From Tubiluchus corallicola (Eukaryota; Animalia; Priapulida), in assembly GCA_030141605.1 (NCBI GenBank), contig JAQGDQ010000166.1, forward strand, positions 309,658 to 373,657: a DNA stretch of 64,000 bases. The letters are read 5' to 3'. Made by a program: the position numbers and the translations under genes. Positions 50,000-64,000 of the stretch are shown here, in pieces. Under the pieces are notes generated by a model. That model did no database searches and was not told the origin of the DNA. It was given only the letters and a program-made list of their open reading frames with translations. Every line of letters begins with the position of its first letter. Position 1 is the stretch's first letter.

Positions 50000-50758
50000 T
50001 TGCAATAAAAAATTAAAAAGAATGAGCAATTACATCATACAATGACAACCACTATTACACTGTTGCAAGATATATGAACCAAATAAATAAAAATTAAAAT
50101 GAGTCAACACTTAAGTTTGGAAATTAAATAAGCCATATGAGATAAAACTGTTCTTGAATCTCTCTGTTCTGAATCTAGGTAAGGGAGTATTTCAAATAGC
50201 GAGCACTATATCTATGGGTACGGCCATCTGGCAATAGAGTGTGGATTTTATTATTAGGATTTTGAATTGATGAGAACGACGTTTTTCATGAATTTTTGCG
50301 ACGGTTAAATAAAGGATGAAGATTAACCAAAATTGGGGCATTTGCAGAATTTTCATTTGGAAAATTTATTTTCAATGAGCGATTTTGAACTGTTTCTAAC
50401 AAATCAGAGAGATTTTGGGAGAGAGATGAGAGCCATACCAGACAAGCGTATTCAACAACTGGCCTAATCACGGTGCAGGACATTTTTATCATATAATTAG
50501 AAGATGACTCAACTCTAGACGCAAAAGATAAATTGTTCTACTCGCTTTAGTGTAAACTGAATGGAAAAGGATGTTCCACGCTAAATCCTTAGCTATTTGC
50601 ACGGCTAAAAGCTTAACCAAAACTCTTTTTATCTTCAAATTAGAGACAATATATTAAGAGGAACATGAGGAGGCTTAGCCATGAAAGTGGCAATCATTTC
50701 ACAGAATTTTAACGTATTGAAATTTAGGTTATTCGCGTTTGCCCATTGTTTTAGTGTT
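50000..50758 (-). mobile_element. Degenerate LINE ORF2 3' fragment
   Basis: CTVIRPVVEYACLVWLSSLS...LETVQNRSLKI matches the RPxxEYxxxVW...LExxQxRxxR motif downstream of the RT domain. Confidence 0.82.
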
Positions 50759-50762
50759 TTAA

Positions 50763-51063
50763 AGCACAAGAAAACCCCTCACTTACATAAAGCTTAACAA
50801 ATTCGTCTTGAAATTTTATACCACTTACGTAATGCCTTTTCGCATGCGGGGCTTGTGTCTCCTTTTCGTCCCCTGATGTGCATTTGCGCAGGTGACGTCA
50901 TGTAATGGCGCCGTCGAAACAGTATTGCGGGAAATTTAAAATGAAAACAAACAAAAAATTCGTTCAACGCGAATACGATATACGCATGAAATTGCGGTAA
51001 AGTAATATAATTTTTTAAGGTGATTTTTCTGAAATCTACTTCAGGTGCCCCCTTTCTTGTCTT
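50763..51063 (-). mobile_element. Internally deleted family B element (301 bp)
   Basis: TTAA|AGCACAAGAAAA...TTTCTTGTCTT|TTAA with both ends retained. Confidence 0.85.
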
Positions 51064-51344
51064 TTAACACTTAGATGTATTCTATTATATTTGTGTTATA
51101 GTTTGTATGGAAGGAAAGGGAATTTTAAAACAATAAAGCAACAAGTAAAACAATATGCATGATTTTTGCGAGACCTCTTTTTATTAGTGATTCGAAAATT
51201 TACTCGAAAATCTTTAAAACTGTATTCGAATTCGATTCGGAATTGAAAATGCTGAAATTCGGTTGTTTCGAAATCGCTTTCTGATAGAGAATGCTCACTG
51301 ACAAGCCTTATCCCCAGTTTCGTTGTACGCACGCACAATTACCA

Positions 51345-51723
51345 TAGGTCAAAGGTTGAGTGTACCACAGCAACGTGTCTTAACTAAAACCTTATGAATG
51401 TATGTAAAACAAACCCGTCTGCAGCATCAGTTCAGTAACGTCAAGTCCCTTGGGAAAAATCCTAGTCTTTATTAATATTCTTGTAGCCGCAGTTGTTAAC
51501 TTTACTTAATTATGCATTAGTTTGTGCGTAGAGTGATTTACTAGCAGGATCTTGCTTGGGAACAAGTAAAAATGAACTAGGTAAGGTTCTATCTAGCTGT
51601 TAAAACTGTTACTATTACAATAGCGAGGCGTTATCAAGTGTACACAAATGCGTTGTCTGGTACACTTAACCTTTGACCTTTTCACGATCATTATCAATCA
51701 GTGGAACTGTGAAAAGGCTTCTT
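51345..51723 (+). mobile_element. Family E copy (Helentron/HINE-like) with an internal foreign insert
   Basis: TAGGTCAAAGGTTGAGTGTACC...GGTACACTTAACCTTTGACC, then hairpin CCTTTTCAC..GTGAAAAGG, then CTT. Confidence 0.72.
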
Positions 51724-52164
51724 GTAAGCTGCAGTTACACGTGCAGGAAAAATACAGCTGATGCGTTCCGATTCGATTCGCAAAAGCTGTCATTAGACCA
51801 AATGAGCGTCCGCAATTGTGAAATATTAAACGCGGTGTTTCACAGAAAATGTTCAATTCTCTTACTCCTTGATAAGCGCACGCTTCGTTTTGTCCGCCTC
51901 GTTTCGAGTATTACAATTTCCGCGGTAATTTCTGCCGGTAAATGGCCAATTTATTATAAAGTGGTTTCGACTTCTCTGGCATTTGAAAGCTTTGATTTTC
52001 TCTCTCCCAGGCTTGTCTCTTGCACATGGCTAATGTAACCACTCAGACAGGTAAACCCTATTGATGTTTAGCTACTGTATTCATTAACAAAATTGAGCTG
52101 AAAAAAGCGTGGACGCCCATCTACGATTTAATAAGATACCCAAAGGCAGGGCTGAATTGTCCTA

Positions 52165-52455
<291 letters not shown>

Positions 52456-52690
52456 ATCTTTATTTCAAGTTTGCTTTTTGGGTGAACAACTAACATAGAG
52501 CTTTTGGGCCGACTGTAAATAACAAACTACAACTACATAACAGAGACACTTATTACCCCACTTTTACCCTAAATACTATGCGCCAGGCAGGACAACACCA
52601 TTTTTAAAGTCTTTGGTAAGAGCTGACCGCTGTATCGAACTCACGACCGAAAGAAGACGTGTTGCCAGAAGGCTAAACCACTACCATATT
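52456..52690 (-). mobile_element. tRNA-derived SINE, second copy
   Basis: Reverse-complement homolog of 61164-61390, including CCAAAGACTTTAAAAATGG. Confidence 0.8.
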
Positions 52691-52730
52691 GAAGCTCAAT
52701 ATACATGTAAATCCACACGCATATATATAT

Positions 52731-52763
<33 letters not shown>

Positions 52764-52779
52764 TATGTATAATTAAATA

Positions 52780-53298
52780 ATAGACTAAAAACTTAATTAA
52801 CGGTGGGGGAGCCCAACTATTGATGACATCACAAACTAACATAATTTTCAACAACAAAAATATTCCATGACCGTGTTGCACGTGTTTGCAAAAGAGGAAA
52901 ATTGAAATACAGTGCTACTGTAAGACATTCAGTGTGTTGTACTAAAACTACACATGCTTTGAGATAAAAATTCGCATTTCAAATTTTCCGCTGCACTCAC
53001 GCATGAGCTGTCGAACGTGTGTAGTTCGTCACAAACTAACACATCTGAACAGAGAGGTACAGCACGTACTTTTGTACAATGCGTTTGCGAAATGCAGGCG
53101 TTAGTTCCCGTCTAACTAGTGAATGGCGAAATGCATGTAACAGCAAAGAAGAACTAGTGGCGCGAATGTGAAATTGTGTTTGTGAGGTAAAAATTTTTTC
53201 ACGTAAGTCATTTTTGAAAAAATAGTACGTTTCCTTTCAATATTTTAAAGAAAAGATTGTTTTGACCTTCAGTTTAAGATTGGGTCCGGTTTTGCTTT
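52780..53298 (-). mobile_element. Family A element, partial
   Basis: Reverse-complement homolog of 1240-1750, ending TCCGGTTTTGCT. Confidence 0.8.
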
Positions 53299-54647
53299 AG
53301 TATTACCATCAAAGTGACCTAGAGTAACGTGAACAGATAAAACTGGTTATTTGCTTAACGCGCGGCACAAGCTTCCAGTAAAACAATATGAAATCGATTC
53401 AGGCAGGTAAGTATACCCGCAGAACGCCTGCAAAAAGAGACGAAATGCTTCGTACTAGAAAACGCGCGTATTTGTTTTAGAAACTAATTCTGCCATCTCA
53501 TCTTCCTCACACGCAAACTCACTCGCTAAATTGACATTGCCGTTTTTGTAAATGTAAACCTAGAATATATGCACGTCAATAATGAGACGGGAAGGGTTGT
53601 CCTTTCACGTTCGTGTTTCACAACCCTGAAATCCGCTTGACTCGTTATTCAAGATCATTTTAGAAGCGTCTGAGCTTCGTCAAATTGATTAATGCCTATG
53701 AAACTAACGGCGCGTTCACACTAGCGAATATTCTCGCCAAGTAAACCCTTCAAATAACTCGCCAAGTAACTCGCAAGCGTGTTCAGACTAGAGAGCAAAA
53801 GTTTACGCGAGTTCCTCTCTGACAGTCAGTGCGAGCTGACTCTCACGTCCCTATTCACAAATCGTTTATGTATAAAGAAAATCACAAAGGTGGCAGGACG
53901 CCACCTTGTCGAACACCGTTACTAATGCTAAAAAATCAGAAACAGTCCTTCCCCAACGCCAATACGCTGAGTAGAGTACCAGAATTTCAGCAAATTAATG
54001 ATTAATATAAATACTACTTTATAAGAGCAGTATATTATACAGTACTGCTTACATGTAATAAGAGCAGTATAAGATTTATACTGCTCACACAATCCCTGCA
54101 TGCAATAAGATAGCATGTAATTTTAAACTTTTTTTTATGAAAAGTGTTTTCTTATCCTTTAAGTATAACGTTATAACAGTATCCTGCTTCAGTTTGAACT
54201 TGCACGCATGTTTCTCTGTTATATTGATGCTCCCCGTTCTGGCTTCAATTGGCGGCAATAAATTTCAAATCCGACGTGGAAATTGCGCGGCTAAAACTTT
54301 GCAAAAATCAGCAGCAGATGCAGATGACATTTCGTCTGTGACGCCAGCAAACGAGTTTAAGGCTCTTAAGTGGTGTTTTCACGTTTAAGCAAGTTATTTT
54401 CAGTTGGTCTCTCAAAGCAAATGGAGGCTGAACGAAATTAAATCTACATTCCAGCACGTGAAAAAGCCCAGAAGTCAATAAGTCGGATCCGCCTGATACA
54501 AAGAATTTATGTAAATTAAATGAATCTTAGTAGGAAGGCTGATCCGCGCTTCAATCCCAGTTCCTCTTTATTATTATTTTTTTTTGTTCTCACTTGAAAC
54601 ACCATATACTTTTAGTGTACCATAATATATATATACATTTAGGCATC

Positions 54648-55192
<545 letters not shown>

Positions 55193-55821
55193 TCGCTGCA
55201 GTTAAGACGAGTTGCTGTGTGTTTGAACCAAAGCAACTGCGCGTGCGCACAACAAAACTGTGAAAACAGCTTGTTCTTAATGTTGAAATAAATTGTGAAT
55301 GGAATTGAATTGAACTGAAAATTCGCCTGATGGTAAAAGCAACTAATTTCTAAATTTTTCTATAAATATCCATGACAAGTAGAGAATGAAAGGAAGTATA
55401 TTGGTTTCATCAGTTTAGTACCATTTTGGCTTCAGATTTTTCAACAGACAAGTTCGTGCAAGAATAAAATTCAACGATGCTGCCCGTTCGGTTTTCGACA
55501 GTCGAATAAAAAATCACAAAAAAGATTTCTCTGCGTATCGTAGTCTCATTTTGTGCTCGCATGCAGCTAAATAAATTAGCTTCGTCAAATACTTCAGTAG
55601 TTCTGCCGCAGGTCAAGTAAGAAAATTGTGTTTTACGAGGAAATTTCTGTTGACTGCGCCTTTATTGCATTAGTGATTGCATGCTTCACAAGCGAGCAGT
55701 TTTTGATTCTGCTTTCTTGCTTGAGAGGCAATGGCGCTTGTTACAGAAACTTAATTTCCCCTTCGATATAATAAAATGCTGTATATTGGAGTCTAAAATA
55801 AATGCCGCTGCTGCAATTATA

Positions 55822-56030
55822 TTTTCTTTAAACGACATACGCGTGGGTGAAAGAACAGATGGACACACAATCAGACAGACGAACTGATGCAAATGTTTAA
55901 TGAAACAGACTGGCAAACAGACTTTCAGACTTTGAGATTTTCTTTAAACGACATACGCGTGGATGGAAGAACAGATAGACAGACATTCAGACAGACGAAC
56001 TGATGCAAATGTTTAACGGAACAGATTGAC
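55822..56030. repeat. Tandem duplication of ~115 bp
   Basis: TTTTCTTTAAACGACATACGCGTGG...GAACTGATGCAAATGTTTAA occurs twice. Confidence 0.88.
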
Positions 56031-56682
56031 ATTACTTTATTCAAACAACTTTTTTTTACATACTCGTTGTTCTACATACATTCTGACTCGTTTATGTTCA
56101 TTAGCGTATGAGAAAAATTAATGAAACTTATATCTACCGCTATAGAACACGATAAATTTCCATCAAACAGGCTAATCAGCACTTTAAAAAGGCGATGACG
56201 CAACGACGCACTAATTAACGTCACCAAGAAAATTACTTGTGTACTCGTATGAAAGAGTTAACAATAATTATCGTACCCTTCGAGTCGATAATCGCGCGTA
56301 GCGAACAGATACGCTGGCAATAATTGTGAATTGAATTAAATCGAAATTAGATGAATTATTTATTACGTGTAGGCAATAAAATTTCATATGCTAGCGGGTT
56401 TGATGAAATACGACAGGGAAATTGGGAATTCCTAGCGGGTTTCGCCCGCCAGGAAGCAGAGTATTACACAAATGCAGTAAGGCAGAGAAATTTGTGCAAT
56501 AACTGCATCTTATAAACACAAAGTTATTGCTGAAAATTGAGTTAGTAAACAGATCGTAATGCACAGTGACAGCATAAAATGATGACGAAGACAACATGTT
56601 TTATTACTACTGTCCATGCAATACGTTTGCTATCTTCAAGCACTCTACTTAAAGGAAAGAACAAGTCACTCAGTATGTTGGG

Positions 56683-57425
56683 TTTACTTTACTTTGCTTT
56701 GCTTTGCTTTGCTTTGCTTTGCTTTGCTTTGCTTTGCTTTGCTTTGCTTTGCTTTGCTTTGCTTTGCTTTGCTTTGCTTTGCTTTGCTTTGCTTTGCTTT
56801 GCTTTGCTTTGCTTTGCTTTGCTTTGCTTTGCTTTGCTTTGCTTTACTTTACTTTACTTTACTTTACTTTACTTTACTTTACTTTACTTTACTTTACTTT
56901 ACTTTACTTTACTTTACTTTACTTTACTTTACTTTACTTTATTTTGCTTTACTTTAACTTATTTTACCTTACTTTACTTTAATTTACTTTACCTTACTTT
57001 ACTTTACTTTGCTTTGCTATACTTTACTTTACTTTACTTTACTTTACTTTACTTTACTTTACTTTACTTTACTTTACTTTACTTTACTTTACTTTACTTT
57101 ACTTTACTTTACTTTACTTTACTTTACTTTACTTTACTTTACTTTGCTTTGCTTTACTTTGCTTTGCTTTGCTTTGCTTTGCTTTGCTTTGCTTTGCTTT
57201 GCTTTGCTTTGCTTTGCTTTGCTTTGCTTTGCTTTGCTTTGCTTTGCTTGGCTTGGCTTGGCTTGGCTTGGCTTGGCTTGGCTTGGCTTGGCTTGGCTTG
57301 GCTTGGCTTGGCTTGGCTTGACTTGACTTGACTTGACTTGACTTGACTTGACTTGACTTGACTTGACTTGACTTGACTTGACTTGACTTCACTTCACTTC
57401 ACTTCACTTCACTTCACTTGGCTTT
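56683..57425. repeat. Compound pentanucleotide array TTTGC/TTTAC/TTGGC/TTGAC/TTCAC
   Basis: Direct inspection; explains ORFs 56579-57392. Confidence 0.97.
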
Positions 57426-58902
57426 ACTGTTATCACTTAAACTTAGAAAAATATAACAAAAAATTTGCAAAGAAATGTCTATAAAGCATAAAGTTAAAAA
57501 ATACTACTTCTGAATAGAAATTTTTGCGCCATTCACTCGAAACTCATGACGTAACTCGGAGACTTCGTGAATTTTCGTAAGCGCGTCGTGGCTTCCGTGA
57601 CGGCGCGCTGCTTAAACTAATTCAAACTTCCGCAGCTTACTTTTTTGTAAAAACTTGTTATACTTTTGATGAAGATTGACAGTGCGCTACTTTTCTTCAA
57701 GACGAATGACGTCATTGGGAGAAGAATGGGAATTGAAAATGGGAGCGCTCAAGCATGAAGTGATCGCGACTTTAAAGAGATTTTACTAATTACACGAGGC
57801 GCTTTTTTGCAGTTTGAATTCCTTGACTTTGAAAACATATGCACCAAAATCAGTATCCTGTTAGGTAAGATAGCGCTCTAAGCTAACAACAGCAACACAG
57901 TCGGCCATCTTGAAAATTGACTGAACCATATTGGACGAACTTGGTTAACTCCATAATCAAAATTAATCACCTTAATGCAAAATGGGCATTTTTTTCACCA
58001 TTCTGGTAGACTAAATACCCACTCATTTTGGTCAAATGGCAGCCATCTTTTTGACGTCATAATTAGGCCCTTTGCAGTGCTCAAATTTAAGCCTAATTTG
58101 GATAATTGTGTTATTCTCTGCATCAAATGCTACAAGAAAGCACTAAAAAATGTTTTCCTTCAATTTTGGGGGGTAAGTCAGCAATTTGACCCTACTATTA
58201 CTTCTGGTTTAGCTTAGCACTTAATTATAGTGTTCCTGGTAGTAGGTCAGTTGGCTAGTATTTACTACACGGCTAGACAGTGATGAATGATGCTTTCTTT
58301 TCACGTACCTTTATCTTGGCAATTTTGTCACAGGGCTATAATATTCACGCGGGAGAGCTTAGATTTGAGAATCTTTTTATTAACATGACAATCAGTTGGT
58401 TTGGCTTCTGAAAATTGCAGCTTCTATTTTGTCGCCTTTTTACAGCGCATTAAAATGTACATAATGCGACAACAGATGTCTACAATCAATACCATATCTG
58501 CATTGAGTAAGATTTACGGTTCTTGCAATAACGAGGCTATTTTTACTCGACTTATTGAAAGATTATCTACGTTTACTTCTGTTGAGAACGAATGATGAAT
58601 AGAAAACCCGATAGGGAATTTATTTTCCCTCATTCTGTTATGGTCTGGTTAGTTGTAAATGAGAGAGCAGGAAAGGGAAGCAGGTATTCCGTTCTCGTAG
58701 AGTGAAAGGGACGCCTGTTAAAATAAACTTCTTCGCTCAAATGACATTGAAAATTTCCAGCAAGTATTTATAAAATGGCGTCTGTTACGTGATATTTTGA
58801 TAAGCAGTTGTGTGATATATAATATATTAGGTTATAGAAATAATGTAACGGTTTTAACCTCACGTGGTTTCTTGTATATAATGTAGATATTACGTTACTT
58901 AA

Positions 58903-60365
<1,463 letters not shown>

Positions 60366-61163
60366 TTAATTCCTTCCTGACGGGTAAAAACAAAAACTTG
60401 TTAGCTAAACTTTCCACTCCCCAAATTCAATGAAATTTGGAAACGAAACGACTAGCATACAAGTAAATCACAAGACATAATTACATGACTGTTAATTACT
60501 CAACTAAATGAAAAAATCTAAGCATTTTACTTAAATTTGCTAGAAACAAGATTTAATTCCCTTTCAGAAAATATAAAGTTTTCACTAGTATCTCATGTAA
60601 TTAAGCCGTTATGTGCTTTTTTGTATGGGGGATGTCAAAACTACGCAAATGTTCGTCGTCGTAAAATAATTAACCTCCTTTGACTAACCTGCACCTCTAT
60701 CGTAGTCTTCTCTATACACAACCTAATTTTATTCCCTGTCTTGTCTTGCCTAACGCTTTCTTGCTATCAATGCTGTGCTTACAAGATGTTCCTTCAACAC
60801 ACATGGAAACAGTTTTATTGTAAGCAATTAGTTCTTTAGCATACCATTTACGTATAGTTGAAATTTTATGTACATAATTAATCAACAATTCTCTTAACTT
60901 CTACATCTCCACTTTTGTTTGAAAATATAAACTTATCAATATCATGCATGAATGGGAATGCTGGAAAAATATCTGATACTTGATTTAAGAACGCAGCCTT
61001 TGTTGACAATAAACACTGAATTACATTGAAACACGCCCAACTTTCCAAAAGGCTTGACTTTTCCTTTAATATGCGATGAGTAATGCTTGTGAGATTTGAA
61101 TGCTAACTGATATTTACTCACGATGTCCTCGTGATGTAATATATATACAAATAACACGATTTT

Positions 61164-61556
<393 letters not shown>

Positions 61557-61557
61557 T

Positions 61558-61645
61558 AACTTCAGGTAAATAATTAAAATATAAAACGAACAACAGGGGT
61601 ACTAATATACTACCCTGTGGGATACCCGAGATTACATGCTTAAGT
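61558..61645 (-). mobile_element. Small LINE RT relic
   Basis: VISGIPQGSILVPLLFVLYFNYLP matches the GVPQGSxLGPLLFxxYxNDLP motif. Confidence 0.7.
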
Positions 61646-62119
61646 GCATTTGCGCTTGCTGATTTCTTTCTTGTATGCAATTTTAATATAAGTAGAAATG
61701 TCAATAAATAAAATAATTGTTCACATCTTCTACTGCAAAAACAGACAAATTCACTTTTCCCGCTCTGAGGGAGGGGGCGTTGATATAAAGTGCATCTGTC
61801 ACGACTTCGTGCAGTGACTAAAGCAGTACAGACAGCCACCAAAGTTCGGTATATCACAGCTAATTGATCTCATTTCACGGAGTATTAGCCACTCTAAGCG
61901 TCTCATTTCATTTACGTTGTGCTGATGTAGCGAGTGACTATGGTTATAGCTCATTTCCAGCATAAATGAAACCCTTGCTACATTACCTTGTTACCATTTG
62001 GGGGTTGATGACTTCGTCGCTGAACGCCTAAATTTCATGCTATCTAAAATTTAGGCCTACATAGCAAAACTGGCCAATAAGCTACAGCATTTCCACACGG
62101 CGACTGCAAATAAAATCGT

Positions 62120-62912
62120 GGGGAAAAAAGTCGGCTAGAAAAAAGTCACGAAAAAAGTCACACTTTTGGCTAGAAAAAATTCTCGGGGGGAAAAAAGTCA
62201 CAATTTTGGCTAGGAAAAAAGTCACAGGAAAAAAGTCACAATTTAGGCTAGGAAAAAAGTCACCGGAAAAATGTCACAATTTTGGCTAGGAATAAAGTCA
62301 CAGGAAAAATGTCACAATTTTGGCTAGGAATAAATTCACAGGAAAAAAGTCACAATTTAGGCTAGGAATAAAGTCACGGGAGAAAAAGTCACAATGTTGG
62401 CTAGGAAAAAAGTCACGGTGGGAAAAAGTCACAATGTTGGCTAGGAAAAAAGTCACAGGAAAAAAGTCACAATTTAGGCTAGGAAAAAAATCACAATGTT
62501 GGCTAGGAAAGAAGTCACGGGGGGAAAAAGTCACAATGTTGGCTAGGAAAAAAGTCACGGGGGAAAAAGCCACAATGTTGGCTAGGAAAAAAGTCACGGG
62601 GGGGAAAAGTCACAATGTTGGCTAGGAAAAAAAGTCACGGGGGAAAAAGCCACAATGTTGGCTAGGAAAGAAGTCACGGGGGGGGGGGAAGTCACAATGT
62701 TGGGTAGGGAAAAAGTCACGGGGGGAAAAATCACAATGTTGGCTAGGAAAAAAATCACAATGTTGGCTAGCAAAAAAGTCACGGGGGGAAAAAGTCACAA
62801 TGTTGGCTATGAAAAAAGTCACGGGGGGGGGGAGGAGTCACAATGTTGGCTAGGAAAAAAGTCACGGGGGCGGGGAAGTCGCAATGTTGGCTACGAAAAA
62901 AGTCACGGAAAA
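62120..62912. repeat. Minisatellite of ~38-40-bp bipartite units (GGCTAGGAAAAAAGTCAC-G(n)-AAAAAGTCACAATGTT)
   Basis: Direct periodicity; explains ORFs 62298-62915. Confidence 0.94.
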
Positions 62913-63341
62913 TAAGCTAATTATTTACCATCTTAATAGTGGTAAAGGATTAAATTGTTGGTCCAAACTAAGAATTCGCTTTTGCAATGAATGTTTTCGT
63001 TATCCACGCCGCAGCGATCACTTAATTATTATTATTTTTAATGCGCTCTGCTAATTAAAACCCAACATCAAAGCAAGTGATCACGAGGCGGATTAATGCG
63101 AACCGGTTTATTGATTTCCTGCTGAACTCAAATTACCGTTGAGATTGAAAAAATACGTGAAAAATGAAGTGTTATCAGTTACAAGACAAACACTGGGCTT
63201 TGTTATGAAATACAATAAACCTTTCGCTGTACCAGCGATTGATGATGATGGTGAAAAGGTCAGATGTTAAGTGTATCAGACAACGCATTTGTGTACACTT
63301 AATAATGCCTAGCAGCCCTTTCTATTGTAATAGCAACAGTT

Positions 63342-63935
63342 CTAAACCTACCTAAATCTAAACTTACATAAATCTAAACATATATAAATCTAAACCTACA
63401 AAAATCTAAACATATATAAATCTAAACCTACAAAAATCTAAACCTACCTGAATCTAAGCCTACATAAATCTAAACATACATGAATCTAAACCTACATAAA
63501 TCTAAACCTACAAAAATCTAGACCTACATAAATCTAAACCTACATGAATCTAAACCTACTTAAATCTAAACCTACATAAATCTAAACCTACAAAAATCTA
63601 GACCTACATAAATCTAAACCTACGTGAATCTAAACTTACTTAAATCTAAACTACATAAATTTAAACCTACATAAATCTAAACCTACATGAATCTAAACCT
63701 ACTTAAATCTAAACCTACATGAATCTAAACCTACATAAATCCAGACCTACTTAAATCTAGACCTACATAAATCTAAACCTACATGAATCTAAACCTACTT
63801 AAATCTAAACATACATAAATCTGAACCTACATATATCTAAACCTTTTTAAATCTAAACCTACATATCTCTAAACCTATATAAATCTAAACCTGCATGAAT
63901 CTATACCTACATAAGTCTAAACCTACATATAAACC
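63342..63935. repeat. 16-bp minisatellite (TCTAAACCTACATAAA), directly abutting a truncated family E copy (63215-63345)
   Basis: Direct periodicity. Confidence 0.94.
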
Positions 63936-64000
63936 AAATGTAGCAGTCAACCAGGTTGAATTCACTGGCTGGCTGGCTTACCCATTGCCGACCGACTGGC

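Overview
This is AT-rich animal genomic DNA, probably from a non-arthropod invertebrate (inferred from the spliceosomal introns, a tRNA-derived SINE and TTAGGG-type repeats). Almost every ORF in the supplied track is a repeat artefact; the real genes are spliced and were assembled by hand from GT-AG exons. (1) Minus strand, 6422->2281: the first three coding exons of a secreted or cell-surface protein with a signal peptide and EMI domain (MEGF10/Draper/CED-1-like N-terminus), probably continuing beyond position 1. (2) Minus strand, 24953->15917: a complete 7-exon, 258-aa thiopurine S-methyltransferase (TPMT)-family gene whose exon sizes match human TPMT. It has a His/Cys-rich acidic N-terminus and a remodelled active site, and is the most interesting object in the window. 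(3) A probable promoter and non-coding first exon of a plus-strand gene at about 27.1-27.8 kb; no convincing coding exon follows in the remaining 36 kb. The rest is non-autonomous transposons (Kolobok-type TTAA elements, piggyBac, hAT, Tc1/mariner MITEs, a Helentron-like family), LINE remnants, SINEs, Penelope-like LTR pieces with decayed hammerhead cores, and many micro- and minisatellites. There is no CRISPR array or rRNA. All homology calls are from motif recognition and recall, not database searches.
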